Assembly (NCBI GenBank): GCA_900541715.1 | Contig: UQLI01000001.1 | Coordinates: 92,321-156,320 of the forward strand | Reading direction: 5' to 3' | Source: an uncultured Collinsella sp. | GTDB taxonomy: Bacteria > Actinomycetota > Coriobacteriia > Coriobacteriales > Coriobacteriaceae | Length of the DNA stretch: 64,000 bases | Part shown: piece by piece, positions 17,725 to 27,982 of the stretch | Layout: each line of letters starts with the position of its first letter | Position numbering within the stretch: the first letter of the stretch is position 1 | Translations under genes and position numbers: made by a program | The notes under the pieces: generated by a model | The model's database searches: none | Seen by the model: the letters and a program-made list of their open reading frames with translations, nothing else | Told to the model about the DNA's origin: nothing

Positions 17725-18991
17725 GGCCCGAAAGAAAGGTAGGAGGCCATGACGAAAGGTCTGCACGTGCCTTCCGAGATCGGCAAGCTCAGGAAGGTCT
17801 GCCTGCACCGTCCCGGCGACGAGCTCCTCAACCTGCCGCCCGACGAGCTCGAGCGACTCCTGTTCGACGACGTCCCGTTCCTGGAGGTCGCGCAGCAGGA
17901 GCACGACACCTTCGCCCAGATCCTGAGGGACCAGGGCGTGGAGGTGCTCTACCTCGAGAACCTCGTCGCCGAGGTGTTCGACCAGGTCCCCGGCGCCCGC
18001 GCCGAGTTCACCGACCAGTACATCGCCGAGGCCGGCATCCGCGGCCAGCACATGCCGCAGATCGTCCGCGAGAAGCTGGACTCCATCGAGGACAACCTCG
18101 AGTTCGTCAAGAAGACCATGGCCGGCATGACCAAGTCCGAGATCGACATGCCCCTCACGGCGTCCACGACCCTCGACTCCCTGGTCAACTCCGAGTCCGA
18201 GTCCGACCTGATCATCGACCCGATGCCCAACCTCTACTTCACCCGCGACCCGTTCGCGGTCGTCGGCGAGGGCGTCAACCTCAACCGCATGTACTCGGTC
18301 ACCCGCAACCGCGAGACCCTGTACGGCAAGTACATCTTCAAGTACCACCCCGACTACAAGGACGTCTCGCTGTACTTCCGCCGCGACTGCCAGTTCCACA
18401 CCGAGGGCGGCGACGTGCTGAACATCAACGAGAAGACCCTCGCCGTCGGCATCTCCCAGCGCACCCAGGCCGCCGCGATCGACGTCATGGCCCAGAACAT
18501 CTTCTGGAACTCCGACTCCAAGGTCGAGCGCATCCTGGCCTTCGACATCCCGGTCTCGCGCGCCTTCATGCACCTCGACACGGTCTTCACCCAGATCGAC
18601 GTCGATAAGTTCACGATCCACCCCGCCATCATGGGCACCCTGCGCGTCTACGAGCTGACCGCCGGCAAGAACCCGGGCGACGTGAACATCCGCCTGATCG
18701 AGGACACCCTCGAGCACGTCCTGGAGGACGCCACCGGCGTCGACCAGGTCAAGCTGATCCCCTGCGGCGGCGGCGACCCGATCGCGGCCTCCCGCGAGCA
18801 GTGGAACGACGGCTCCAACACCCTGTGCGTCGAGCCCGGCAAGATCTGCGTCTACGCCCGCAACACCGTCACCAACGACGTGCTGTACAAGGAGGGCCTG
18901 GACCTTCTCGTCGTGCCCTCCGCCGAGCTCTCCCGCGGCCGCGGCGGCCCGCGCTGCATGAGCATGCCCTTCTGGCGCGAGGACCTCTAAG
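17725..18991 (+). repeat. Direct repeat copy 2 (1,267 bp; arcA RBS plus CDS)
   Basis: Identical to 14640-15906. Identity starts 24 nt before the ATG and ends 1 nt after the TAA. Confidence 0.93.
17749..18990 (+). CDS. arcA: Arginine deiminase (second, identical copy)
   Basis: The 413-aa product is identical to the 14664-15905 product. Confidence 0.95.
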   Translation: MTKGLHVPSEIGKLRKVCLHRPGDELLNLPPDELERLLFDDVPFLEVAQQEHDTFAQILRDQGVEVLYLENLVAEVFDQVPGARAEFTDQYIAEAGIRGQHMPQIVREKLDSIEDNLEFVKKTMAGMTKSEIDMPLTASTTLDSLVNSESESDLIIDPMPNLYFTRDPFAVVGEGVNLNRMYSVTRNRETLYGKYIFKYHPDYKDVSLYFRRDCQFHTEGGDVLNINEKTLAVGISQRTQAAAIDVMAQNIFWNSDSKVERILAFDIPVSRAFMHLDTVFTQIDVDKFTIHPAIMGTLRVYELTAGKNPGDVNIRLIEDTLEHVLEDATGVDQVKLIPCGGGDPIAASREQWNDGSNTLCVEPGKICVYARNTVTNDVLYKEGLDLLVVPSAELSRGRGGPRCMSMPFWREDL

Positions 18992-19095
18992 TCTTTCCGT
19001 TTCCGGTGCGGTCCCCCTACAACCGCACCGGTTTCGCCCGTCAAACGGGCAACACTAATACTTACGTAATTCATTTTTTCGAAAGGAAACGAACC

Positions 19096-20091
19096 ATGGG
19101 TGTTAACCTCTCCGGCCGTAGCTTCCTCAAGCTCCTCGACCTCTCCACCGAGGAGATCGAGTACTTGCTCAAGCTTTCCAAGAACTTCAAGGACATGAAG
19201 CGCGCTGGCGTTCCGCACCGCTATCTCGAGGGCAAGAACATCGTTCTGCTCTTCCAGAAGACCTCCACTCGTACCCGCTGCGCCTTCGAGGTCGGCGGCA
19301 TGGATCTGGGCATGGGCGTCACCTACCTCGATCCCGGTTCGTCGCAGATGGGCAAGAAGGAGTCCATTGAGGACACTGCCCGCGTTCTCGGCCGCATGTA
19401 TGACGGCATCGAGTTCCGTGGCTTTGCCCAGGACGACGTCGAGGAGCTCGCTGCTAAGTCCGGCGTGCCCGTGTGGAACGGCCTGACCACTGAGTGGCAC
19501 CCCACCCAGATGCTCGCCGACATCCTGACCGTCCAGGAGAACTTCAACTACGACATCAAGGGCAAGACCCTCGTCTTCATGGGTGACTGCAAGAACAACG
19601 TTGCTCGCTCCCTCATGGTTGTCTGCTCCAAGCTCGGCATGAACTTCGTGGCCTGCGGCCCCGAGGAGTGCATGCCCGCCGACGACGTCATCGAGGCCTG
19701 CAAGCCCATCGCCGAGGCCAACGGCTGCACCATCAAGCTGACCACCGACGTCAAGGACGGCGTCACCGGTGCCGACGTTATCTACACCGACGTGTGGGTC
19801 TCCATGGGCGAGCCCGACGAGGTCTGGGCCGAGCGCATCGCTCAGCTCACCCCGTATCGCGTTACCTCCGAGGTCATGGCTATGGCCAACCCGGGTGCCA
19901 TCTTCCTGCACTGCCTGCCCAGCTTCCACGACACCAACACCACGATTGGCGCCGAGAAGTGCGAGCAGTTCGGCATCACCGAGCAGGAGGTCACCGACGA
20001 GGTCTTCGAGAGCCCCGCTTCCAAGGTCTTCGACGAGGCCGAGAACCGCATGCACACCATCAAGGCTGTTATGTACGCTACGCTCAAGTAA
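19096..20091 (+). CDS. arcB: Ornithine carbamoyltransferase (catabolic context)
   Basis: About 331 aa from [11 protein letters not shown] (GAAAGGAAA RBS). Motifs [17 protein letters not shown] and HCLPSFH. Confidence 0.93.
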   Translation: MGVNLSGRSFLKLLDLSTEEIEYLLKLSKNFKDMKRAGVPHRYLEGKNIVLLFQKTSTRTRCAFEVGGMDLGMGVTYLDPGSSQMGKKESIEDTARVLGRMYDGIEFRGFAQDDVEELAAKSGVPVWNGLTTEWHPTQMLADILTVQENFNYDIKGKTLVFMGDCKNNVARSLMVVCSKLGMNFVACGPEECMPADDVIEACKPIAEANGCTIKLTTDVKDGVTGADVIYTDVWVSMGEPDEVWAERIAQLTPYRVTSEVMAMANPGAIFLHCLPSFHDTNTTIGAEKCEQFGITEQEVTDEVFESPASKVFDEAENRMHTIKAVMYATLK

Positions 20092-20106
20092 GAGCATCTA
20101 GCATCT

Positions 20107-20146
20107 CGCTCGGGGTGTCTTGCTGCACACCCCGAGCGGCTTTGTC
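20107..20146 (+). terminator. Terminator-like hairpin after arcB
   Basis: Perfect 12-bp stem: cgctcggggtgt (20107-20118) pairs with acaccccgagcg (20127-20138), then gctttgtct. Confidence 0.6.
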
Positions 20147-20238
20147 TGGTAAATATCTCGCGTCGGGCGGTGGGCACGGCACGGAAGATCCGCTTCGCGC
20201 GAGAAAGTTAAATGATTTATGAAGGGGGGATGAGAACC

Positions 20239-21717
20239 ATGACTGAGACCGCTAAGAAAAAGCGCGGTATGCCTTCATCGTTCACCATTCTTCTAGCTCT
20301 GCTGGCAATTGTTGCAGTGATTACCGTTATCGTCTCCGGCACGTCCGGCGGCGCGGTTACCGCAGCCCGTCTGAGCGATTTCTGCACCGCCCCGATCCTG
20401 GGCTTCGCTGACGCTCTGCCCGTCTGCCTCTTCGTTATGATCCTGGGCGGCTTCCTCGGCATGATGACCGAGACCGGCGCCCTGGACAACGGCATCGCCG
20501 TTCTGGTGCAGAAGCTTAAGGGCAACGAGATTATGCTCATTCCCGTGCTGATGCTCATCTTCTCCCTCGGTGGTACCACCTATGGTATGTGCGAGGAGAC
20601 CGTTCCCTTCTACGCCCTGCTCGCCGCTACCATGATGGCCGCTGGCTTCGACCCCATGGTCGGTGCCGCTACCGTCCTGCTCGGCGCTGGCTGCGGCTGC
20701 CTGGGCTCCACGGTTAACCCGTTCGCCGTCGGCGCTGCCGTCGACGCTCTGACCGGCGTTGGCATTGAGGTCAACCAGTCCATCATCATCGGCCTCGGTG
20801 CCGTCCTGTGGATTGTCACTACCGCTATGTCCATCTTCTTCGTGATGAACTATGCCAAGAAGGTCAAGGCTGACAAGGGTTCCACCATCCTGTCGATGCA
20901 GGAGCTCAAGGACGCCGAAGAGGCTCACGGCAAGGCTGCTTCCGAGGTCCACAAGGAGGTCAAGCTCACCGGTCGTCAGAAGGGTGTTCTGATTGCCTTC
21001 GCCTTCACCTTCGTCGTCATGATCGTCGGCTTCATTCCGCTGGCCGACCTCAACGAGGGCGTCGCCAACTTCTTCGACGCTGGCGCTGTCTACGACGCCG
21101 ACGGTAACGCCGTCGTCCAGGGCTGGTCTGCCCTGATCACCGGCCTGCCCATTGGCCAGTGGTACTTCGACGAGGCTTCCACCTGGTTCTTCCTCATGGC
21201 CGTCCTGATCGGTATCATCGGTGGCCTGTCCGAGAAGCAGATCGTTAACACCTTTATCACCGGCGCTGCCGACATGATGTCCGTTGTTCTCGTCATCGCC
21301 CTCGCCCGTGGTATCTCCGTCCTCATGGCTAACACCGGCCTCGATGTCTTCGTCCTCGACGCTGCCGCCAATGCCCTGGCTGGCCTGTCCGGCGTGATCT
21401 TCGCTCCCATGAGCTTCCTGGTCTACTTCGGCCTGTCCTTCCTGATCCCCTCGACCTCCGGTATGGCCACCGTCTCCATGCCCATCATGGGACCGCTGGC
21501 TGTTAAGCTCGGCTTCTCGCCTGAGGTCATGGTCATGATCTTCTCCGCCGCCATCGGTGTCGTGAACCTGTTCACCCCGACCTCCGGCGCCATCATGGGC
21601 GGTCTCGCCCTGGCCAAGATCGAGTGGACGACCTGGCTCAAGTTTGCCCTTAAGCTCATCGTTGCTCTCTCCGTCGTCTGCGCCATCATCCTGACCGTCG
21701 CCTGCGTGTTGATCTAA
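20239..21717 (+). CDS. YfcC/DcuC-family anaerobic carrier, putative arginine/ornithine exchanger of the ADI locus
   Basis: About 492 aa, multi-pass membrane protein. The N-terminus KKKRGMPSSFTILLALLAIVAV is typical of the YfcC family. It sits directly after arcB. The start could be 20212, 20230 or 20239. Confidence 0.78.
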   Translation: MTETAKKKRGMPSSFTILLALLAIVAVITVIVSGTSGGAVTAARLSDFCTAPILGFADALPVCLFVMILGGFLGMMTETGALDNGIAVLVQKLKGNEIMLIPVLMLIFSLGGTTYGMCEETVPFYALLAATMMAAGFDPMVGAATVLLGAGCGCLGSTVNPFAVGAAVDALTGVGIEVNQSIIIGLGAVLWIVTTAMSIFFVMNYAKKVKADKGSTILSMQELKDAEEAHGKAASEVHKEVKLTGRQKGVLIAFAFTFVVMIVGFIPLADLNEGVANFFDAGAVYDADGNAVVQGWSALITGLPIGQWYFDEASTWFFLMAVLIGIIGGLSEKQIVNTFITGAADMMSVVLVIALARGISVLMANTGLDVFVLDAAANALAGLSGVIFAPMSFLVYFGLSFLIPSTSGMATVSMPIMGPLAVKLGFSPEVMVMIFSAAIGVVNLFTPTSGAIMGGLALAKIEWTTWLKFALKLIVALSVVCAIILTVACVLI

Positions 21718-22202
21718 GTACCCAACGGGTACCCCACGGAAACCTTGACGATCCTGTAGAGGATCACCTGGTCATCGTCTGTCCGGTGGGGTAAACCCAC
21801 CGGTAGACTCCTACCTTTAGCCCCCTTCCGTTCCGTGCGCGGGAGGGGGCGCTCTTGTGTTCCGGCGTTTTACCAAACGCCGGAACCACTCGACGCTGCA
21901 AGCCCGCCAGAGCGGCAATCTGACGTTCAATTGTCGGGCATGGCCAAAAGGCCTATGCCCTCCTCTTTCACGTCACCTTGCTCGCTCTGGCGGGCTTTCG
22001 CTGACTTTTGCTCCACCTGCGGCGCTGCCATTGTTGGTGTTATGGGGCGGTGCAATGGGGTCAGGTTAGTTTGCACCAAATATGTCCGACAAGAGGTTTG
22101 ACGGATGTTTGGTTGGTGCCTGTTGATGGTCTGGGTATCGGGGAGGGCGGGCTCCGTTATAATCGCCTAGAACATTAAATGGAAACGGGACGGGAGCCAT
22201 AT

Positions 22203-23684
22203 ATGCGCCAGGGTTTCGACAACGCGAAGTATATCGAGCTGCAGGCTGCTCACATTAAGGAGCGCATCTCGCAGTTTGGTGGCAAGCTCTATTTGGAGTT
22301 TGGCGGTAAGCTGTTCGATGACTATCATGCGAGCCGCGTGCTGCCGGGTTTTGAACCGGACAGCAAGTTCCGCATGCTCAAGAGCATCGCCGACGATGTC
22401 GAGGTTATCATCGCGATCAACGCGAACCACATCGAGAAAAACAAGGCTCGTGGTGACCTCGGCATTACCTATGACGAGGATGTGCTGCGCCTGGTTGACC
22501 TGTTTCGCGGCAACGGCTTTGCTGTCGCGGCTGTGGTCATCACCCAGTACGCCGGCCAGCCCGCTGCCGATGTGTTCCGCAACCGTCTGAACGCGCTCGG
22601 TATTCCCGCCAAGCTGCACTATCCCATCGAGGGGTATCCGCACGATGTCGATCTGATCGTGTCCGACGATGGCTACGGCAAGAACGAGTTTGTCGAGACC
22701 ACCCGACCGCTCGTCGTGGTCACTGCCCCCGGTCCTGGCTCGGGCAAGCTTGCCACCTGCCTGTCTCAGCTCTATCACGAGCACAAGCATGGCACGGCCG
22801 CCGGCTATGCCAAGTTCGAGACCTTCCCTGTCTGGAATCTTCCTCTGACGCATCCGGTCAATATTGCCTACGAGGCCGCCACGGCTGACCTCGACGACGC
22901 CAATATCATCGATTCGTTCCACCTTGAGGCCTACAACAAGACCACGGTCAACTACAACCGCGACGTCGAGGCCTTCCCGGTAGTCCGTGCCCTGATGGAA
23001 AAGATCCTGGGCAAGAGCCCCTACCAGAGCCCTACGGACATGGGCGTCAATATGGTCGGCTTTGCCATCACCGATGACGATGCCTGCCGCGACGCTTCCA
23101 AGATGGAGATCGTCCGCCGCTACTTTACCGCGGTCGAAAATGTGCGCCGTACCGGCGTGGGCGATGAGCAAGTCGACCGTCTCAAGATTATTATGAAGAA
23201 AGCCGGCATCGATAAGAACTACTCACCGGCGCGCTCGGCAGCCCTCACCAGGGAGCAGCTGACGGGTGGTCCCGTGGGTGCCATGGTCATGCCCGATGGC
23301 TCCGTGGTGACCGGCAAGACTTCCACGCGCCTGGGCGCCGCGAGCTCGCTCATCATGAATGCACTTAAGCATGTCTCGGGCGTCGACCTTGAGCTCGAGG
23401 TCATTAGCGATGAAGCGATCGAGCCCATCAGCAAGCTCAAGACGCATTTCCTGGGCAGCAAAAACCCGCGCCTCCACACCGACGAGACGCTTATGGCGCT
23501 GTCGATCACCTCGGCCACGAGTGAGACGGCCGCTCGCGTCCTTTCGGGCCTGGAGCAGCTGCGCGGTTGCGATGCCTTCTTTAGCGTGATTATCTCGCCG
23601 ACGGACGAGACGGTACTGCGCAAACTGGGTATCAACGTGTGCTGCGAGCCCAAGTTTGAGCGCCGCGGTTTCTTCCATCGCTAA
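22203..23684 (+). CDS. UPF0371/DUF1846 family protein
   Basis: About 493 aa. GGKLYLEFGGKLFDDYHASRVLPGFEPD matches the conserved N-terminal block of the UPF0371 family. Confidence 0.82.
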   Translation: MRQGFDNAKYIELQAAHIKERISQFGGKLYLEFGGKLFDDYHASRVLPGFEPDSKFRMLKSIADDVEVIIAINANHIEKNKARGDLGITYDEDVLRLVDLFRGNGFAVAAVVITQYAGQPAADVFRNRLNALGIPAKLHYPIEGYPHDVDLIVSDDGYGKNEFVETTRPLVVVTAPGPGSGKLATCLSQLYHEHKHGTAAGYAKFETFPVWNLPLTHPVNIAYEAATADLDDANIIDSFHLEAYNKTTVNYNRDVEAFPVVRALMEKILGKSPYQSPTDMGVNMVGFAITDDDACRDASKMEIVRRYFTAVENVRRTGVGDEQVDRLKIIMKKAGIDKNYSPARSAALTREQLTGGPVGAMVMPDGSVVTGKTSTRLGAASSLIMNALKHVSGVDLELEVISDEAIEPISKLKTHFLGSKNPRLHTDETLMALSITSATSETAARVLSGLEQLRGCDAFFSVIISPTDETVLRKLGINVCCEPKFERRGFFHR

Positions 23685-23718
23685 GTTTGAAGCACCGCGG
23701 TAATTGCATTGCATTTTG

Positions 23719-23751
23719 GCCGTATCGGGTTAGCGCCCGGTACGGCTTTTT
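23719..23751 (+). terminator. Intrinsic terminator
   Basis: gccgtatcggg pairs with cccggtacggc (11 bp, one G-U), followed by ttttt. Confidence 0.7.
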
Positions 23752-23940
23752 GATCAATAAAGCGCCTATTTCGGCGAAAAATAGCTGTTTACCTGCCTAG
23801 AAACAATTTGAGCGGTATACAATAACCGTAACTGTTTCATCCTTAGCGGGATGCCGCATGATGGATATTACCTGCCATCGTGAGGTGTGTCGGTCGCGCA
23901 CGGCGCGTTAGATGCTCGTGCTCGGTTTGAGGAGGCTGCT

Positions 23941-24279
23941 ATGGCGGGCAAGGGTCGTGCGAGTGTCAACGATATGAAGCGTGTCGAGGTGCTGGTGTTG
24001 ATGGAGATCGACCAGCAAACCGAAGACAATGGCGGGCCGTATGGTTTCTCGCGCAAAACGCTTGCCGAGCGCGTGGGGGTTTCGCCGTATCGTGCCCGCG
24101 CCGCAATCGATCGCTTGGATTCCGAAGGCATGATTGATGTCGTCTCGCGTTATAGCGACGACGGCGGTCAGCTTGCAAATGGCATTTGCCTCACCGAACG
24201 TGGCGAGTGGTATCTTGAGGGCGTCCGTACCGGCATGCTCGTTCAAGAAATGCTTGAGGACGAGGTTTCTGATCGATAG
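23941..24279 (+). CDS. Small winged-helix (MarR/Lrp-like) DNA-binding protein, function unknown
   Basis: About 112 aa from MAGKGRASV (GAGGAGG RBS). The segment FSRKTLAERVGVSPYRARAAIDRLDSEGMI looks like an HTH recognition helix plus wing. Confidence 0.5.
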   Translation: MAGKGRASVNDMKRVEVLVLMEIDQQTEDNGGPYGFSRKTLAERVGVSPYRARAAIDRLDSEGMIDVVSRYSDDGGQLANGICLTERGEWYLEGVRTGMLVQEMLEDEVSDR

Positions 24280-24303
24280 CAGCATGTAACCCTTGCCATA
24301 GCG

Positions 24304-24336
24304 ACGCCGCCTGGGAAACCGGGCGGCGTTTTGTTT
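24304..24336 (+). terminator. Intrinsic terminator
   Basis: acgccgcctgg-gaaa-ccgggcggcgt hairpin with a GNRA loop, followed by ttttgttt. Confidence 0.72.
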
Positions 24337-24451
24337 CAAGATTGAGAAATGCAATCTCACGCGAGAAAAATTGCGAACGGTCCGCGGCGCGAGTATTACA
24401 ATGAAGACCCGTAAGATGTGGATAAACAACTTCTACGGGAAGCGCAGGTAA

Positions 24452-26119
<1,668 letters not shown>

Positions 26120-26121
26120 GG

Positions 26122-27063
26122 GTGCCGGCGAATAAGGAACATACCGAAGCTACTCCCTCGTCGCTCGCCGTGGCGGCGGGGGAGTATCTCGATTACCTCG
26201 CGGTCGAGCGGGGTTTGGCGCGCAACACGATTGCGGCCTATCGTCGTGACCTGACGACGTACTGCGCCTATCTGGAGCGGGCTGGTATTGTGTCTTTTGA
26301 AGAGGTGACCCGTCAAGTCGTGGAGGGCTTTGTTGCCGACCGTCGCGATGGGGGCTATTCCGATGCCTCGGTGGAGCGTGCGCTTGCGGCCGTGAAGGGC
26401 CTGCATGCCTTTTTGGTGCGCGATGGGGCTGTAGCCCAAAATCCAACGGCGGCGTTGCGCCTGCCTAAAAAGGCTGAGCGTTTGCCGGAGTATGTATCGG
26501 TGGAGGATGTCTCGGCGCTGCTCGATCAAGATTTCCCCGAGGGCGAGATGGGCTTGCGTGACCATGCCATCTTGGAAGTGCTCTACGGATGCGGTTTGCG
26601 TGTGAGCGAGTTGGTGGGGCTCGATGTGGGCGATATCCATATCGACGATGGCTTTGTGCTCGTTTGCGGTAAGGGCTCAAAGGAACGCCTGTCCCCGCTG
26701 GTGGGAAGCGCGGCGCGAGCTCTGGCGCTCTATGTAACTGAGGGGCGTTCTCGCTTGGCGGCCCATGCCCGCGGAACAGAGACCTCGGCGGTCTTTTTAA
26801 ATAAGAACGGCCGCCGTCTGTCGCGCCAGGGCATCCATGCCATCTGTGAGCGCTACGGGCGCCAGGTGGGACTGGTGGGGCTCCATCCCCATACGCTGCG
26901 TCACTCCTTTGCCACCCATATGCTTGCGGGCGGCGCAGACCTCCGTGTGCTACAGGAGATCTTGGGGCATGCCGATATATCGACCACGCAGATCTACACG
27001 CATGTCGATCGTACGCAACTGACCGAGGTCTATCTGGCGGCGCACCCACTGGCACATCGTTAA
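26122..27063 (+). CDS. xerD: Tyrosine recombinase XerD-like
   Basis: 313 aa with a GTG start 3 nt after the pyrG stop. ERGLARNTIAAYRRDL N-terminal domain; catalytic region HTLRHSFATHML...LGHADISTTQIYTHV. Confidence 0.87.
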   Translation: MPANKEHTEATPSSLAVAAGEYLDYLAVERGLARNTIAAYRRDLTTYCAYLERAGIVSFEEVTRQVVEGFVADRRDGGYSDASVERALAAVKGLHAFLVRDGAVAQNPTAALRLPKKAERLPEYVSVEDVSALLDQDFPEGEMGLRDHAILEVLYGCGLRVSELVGLDVGDIHIDDGFVLVCGKGSKERLSPLVGSAARALALYVTEGRSRLAAHARGTETSAVFLNKNGRRLSRQGIHAICERYGRQVGLVGLHPHTLRHSFATHMLAGGADLRVLQEILGHADISTTQIYTHVDRTQLTEVYLAAHPLAHR

Positions 27064-27096
27064 CACATCACTGACCTGCATATTTATAGGTATTTG

Positions 27097-27166
27097 GGGA
27101 CGGGCCCCAGATTGCCGCGGGGTGCTTTTGCGCGCGCATGGGCAATCTGGGGCCCGTCCCATTTTT
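27097..27166 (+). terminator. Intrinsic terminator of xerD
   Basis: Perfect 20-bp stem (27097-27116 / 27141-27160), followed by attttt. Confidence 0.75.
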
Positions 27167-27383
27167 CGCCACTTGGCATCGCGGTGGTGGGCCGCACGTG
27201 CCTTGGGTGGGGGAGTTTGGGGGGGCGATGTGAACGGTATATAAAGGGACGCAAAAATCGCCTCAAGGTCAACTTGAAGGTTGAGGTTGAACGGCGGGAT
27301 GCCACAGGTGGCATCCCGCCGTAGCTGTAAACACAACATATTGTGTTTTCGAACATATGCTTGGGGGTGTTTTGCAATATATG

Positions 27384-27422
27384 GTGGGTGGAGTGGTGGG
27401 GCGGGGTGGGGGAAGGGGTGGG
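27384..27422 (+). promoter_or_regulatory. GTGGG repeat array / G-run tract, candidate MraZ operator
   Basis: GTGGG at 27384, 27396, 27406 and 27418 (spacing 12, 10, 12), ending 9 nt before the -35 box. It contains at least five runs of G3 or longer. Confidence 0.35.
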
Positions 27423-27430
27423 GAAAGGTG

Positions 27431-27459
27431 TTGAAAAATGGGGCGGTTCCCCATATTAT
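27431..27459 (+). promoter_or_regulatory. Candidate sigma-70-type promoter of the mraZ/dcw operon
   Basis: TTGAAA (27431-27436), a 17-nt spacer, then TATTAT (27454-27459), about 70 nt upstream of the mraZ ATG. Confidence 0.5.
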
Positions 27460-27527
27460 TAATGACGTCGACAGGCGGGGTGGTTCCCCGCGTACGTGCC
27501 ATCTGAGTAACCGAGGGGAGGGCGCAC

Positions 27528-27962
27528 ATGGGAATGACTGGTGCATACGAGCGCAATCTCGATGCAAAAGGTCGTCTGTCCCTGCCTGCACCCCTTCGCG
27601 AGGAGCTTGGAGAGCACGTTCGCGTGTTCAAAGCCCTGGATGTCGATGCTCTGTACGTGTTCTCTGCCGAGGCCTTCGATAAGTGGGTCGAAGGACTCTT
27701 CGCGGGTCGTGAGGGCCACGAGGGTTTTAACCCGCGTGACATTAATGACCAGAAGCTCATGAGGGCGATCAACAAGCGCACCACGTCGATGGACGTGGAC
27801 AGCGCCGGTCGTATCGGTCTTTCCGAGTCTCTCCGCAAGCAGGCGAACCTCGACCGCGAGGTCACGGTTGTGGGCAACTACGACCACCTTGAGGTTTGGG
27901 ATCGCGCCGCGGCCGATGAGGACGATGACGATGAGGCCCTGCTGGACCTCTTCTTCTCGTAA
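27528..27962 (+). CDS. mraZ: Transcriptional regulator MraZ
   Basis: 144 aa with duplicated SpoVT/AbrB-like halves, each with a DxxGR motif (LDAKGRLSLP; VDSAGRIGL). First gene of the dcw cluster. Confidence 0.93.
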   Translation: MGMTGAYERNLDAKGRLSLPAPLREELGEHVRVFKALDVDALYVFSAEAFDKWVEGLFAGREGHEGFNPRDINDQKLMRAINKRTTSMDVDSAGRIGLSESLRKQANLDREVTVVGNYDHLEVWDRAAADEDDDDEALLDLFFS

Positions 27963-27982
27963 GGGCAAGGCACGGGTAACGG

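Noticed and set aside
14640-18991. The arcA duplication as a composite transposon or mobile cassette
   Set aside because: There are no terminal inverted repeats, target-site duplications or recombinase genes. The repeat boundaries coincide with the RBS and the stop codon, not with element ends. Gene conversion or duplication is the simpler explanation. An assembly artefact is still to be excluded.
14520-20097. Very long minus-strand ORFs (492 aa at 14520-15998; 807 aa at 17674-20097) antisense to arcA and arcB
   Set aside because: These are stop-free antisense frames caused by the near-100% GC3 of arcA. The product is repetitive (G/D/V/L/A/E) and there is no RBS. The duplicated segment simply mirrors the arcA repeat.
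21835-22101. Overlapping 88-aa and 70-aa plus-strand ORFs in the GC-rich intergenic region
   Set aside because: No RBS, two frames open at once (a GC artefact), and Arg/Pro/Cys-rich products with no features.
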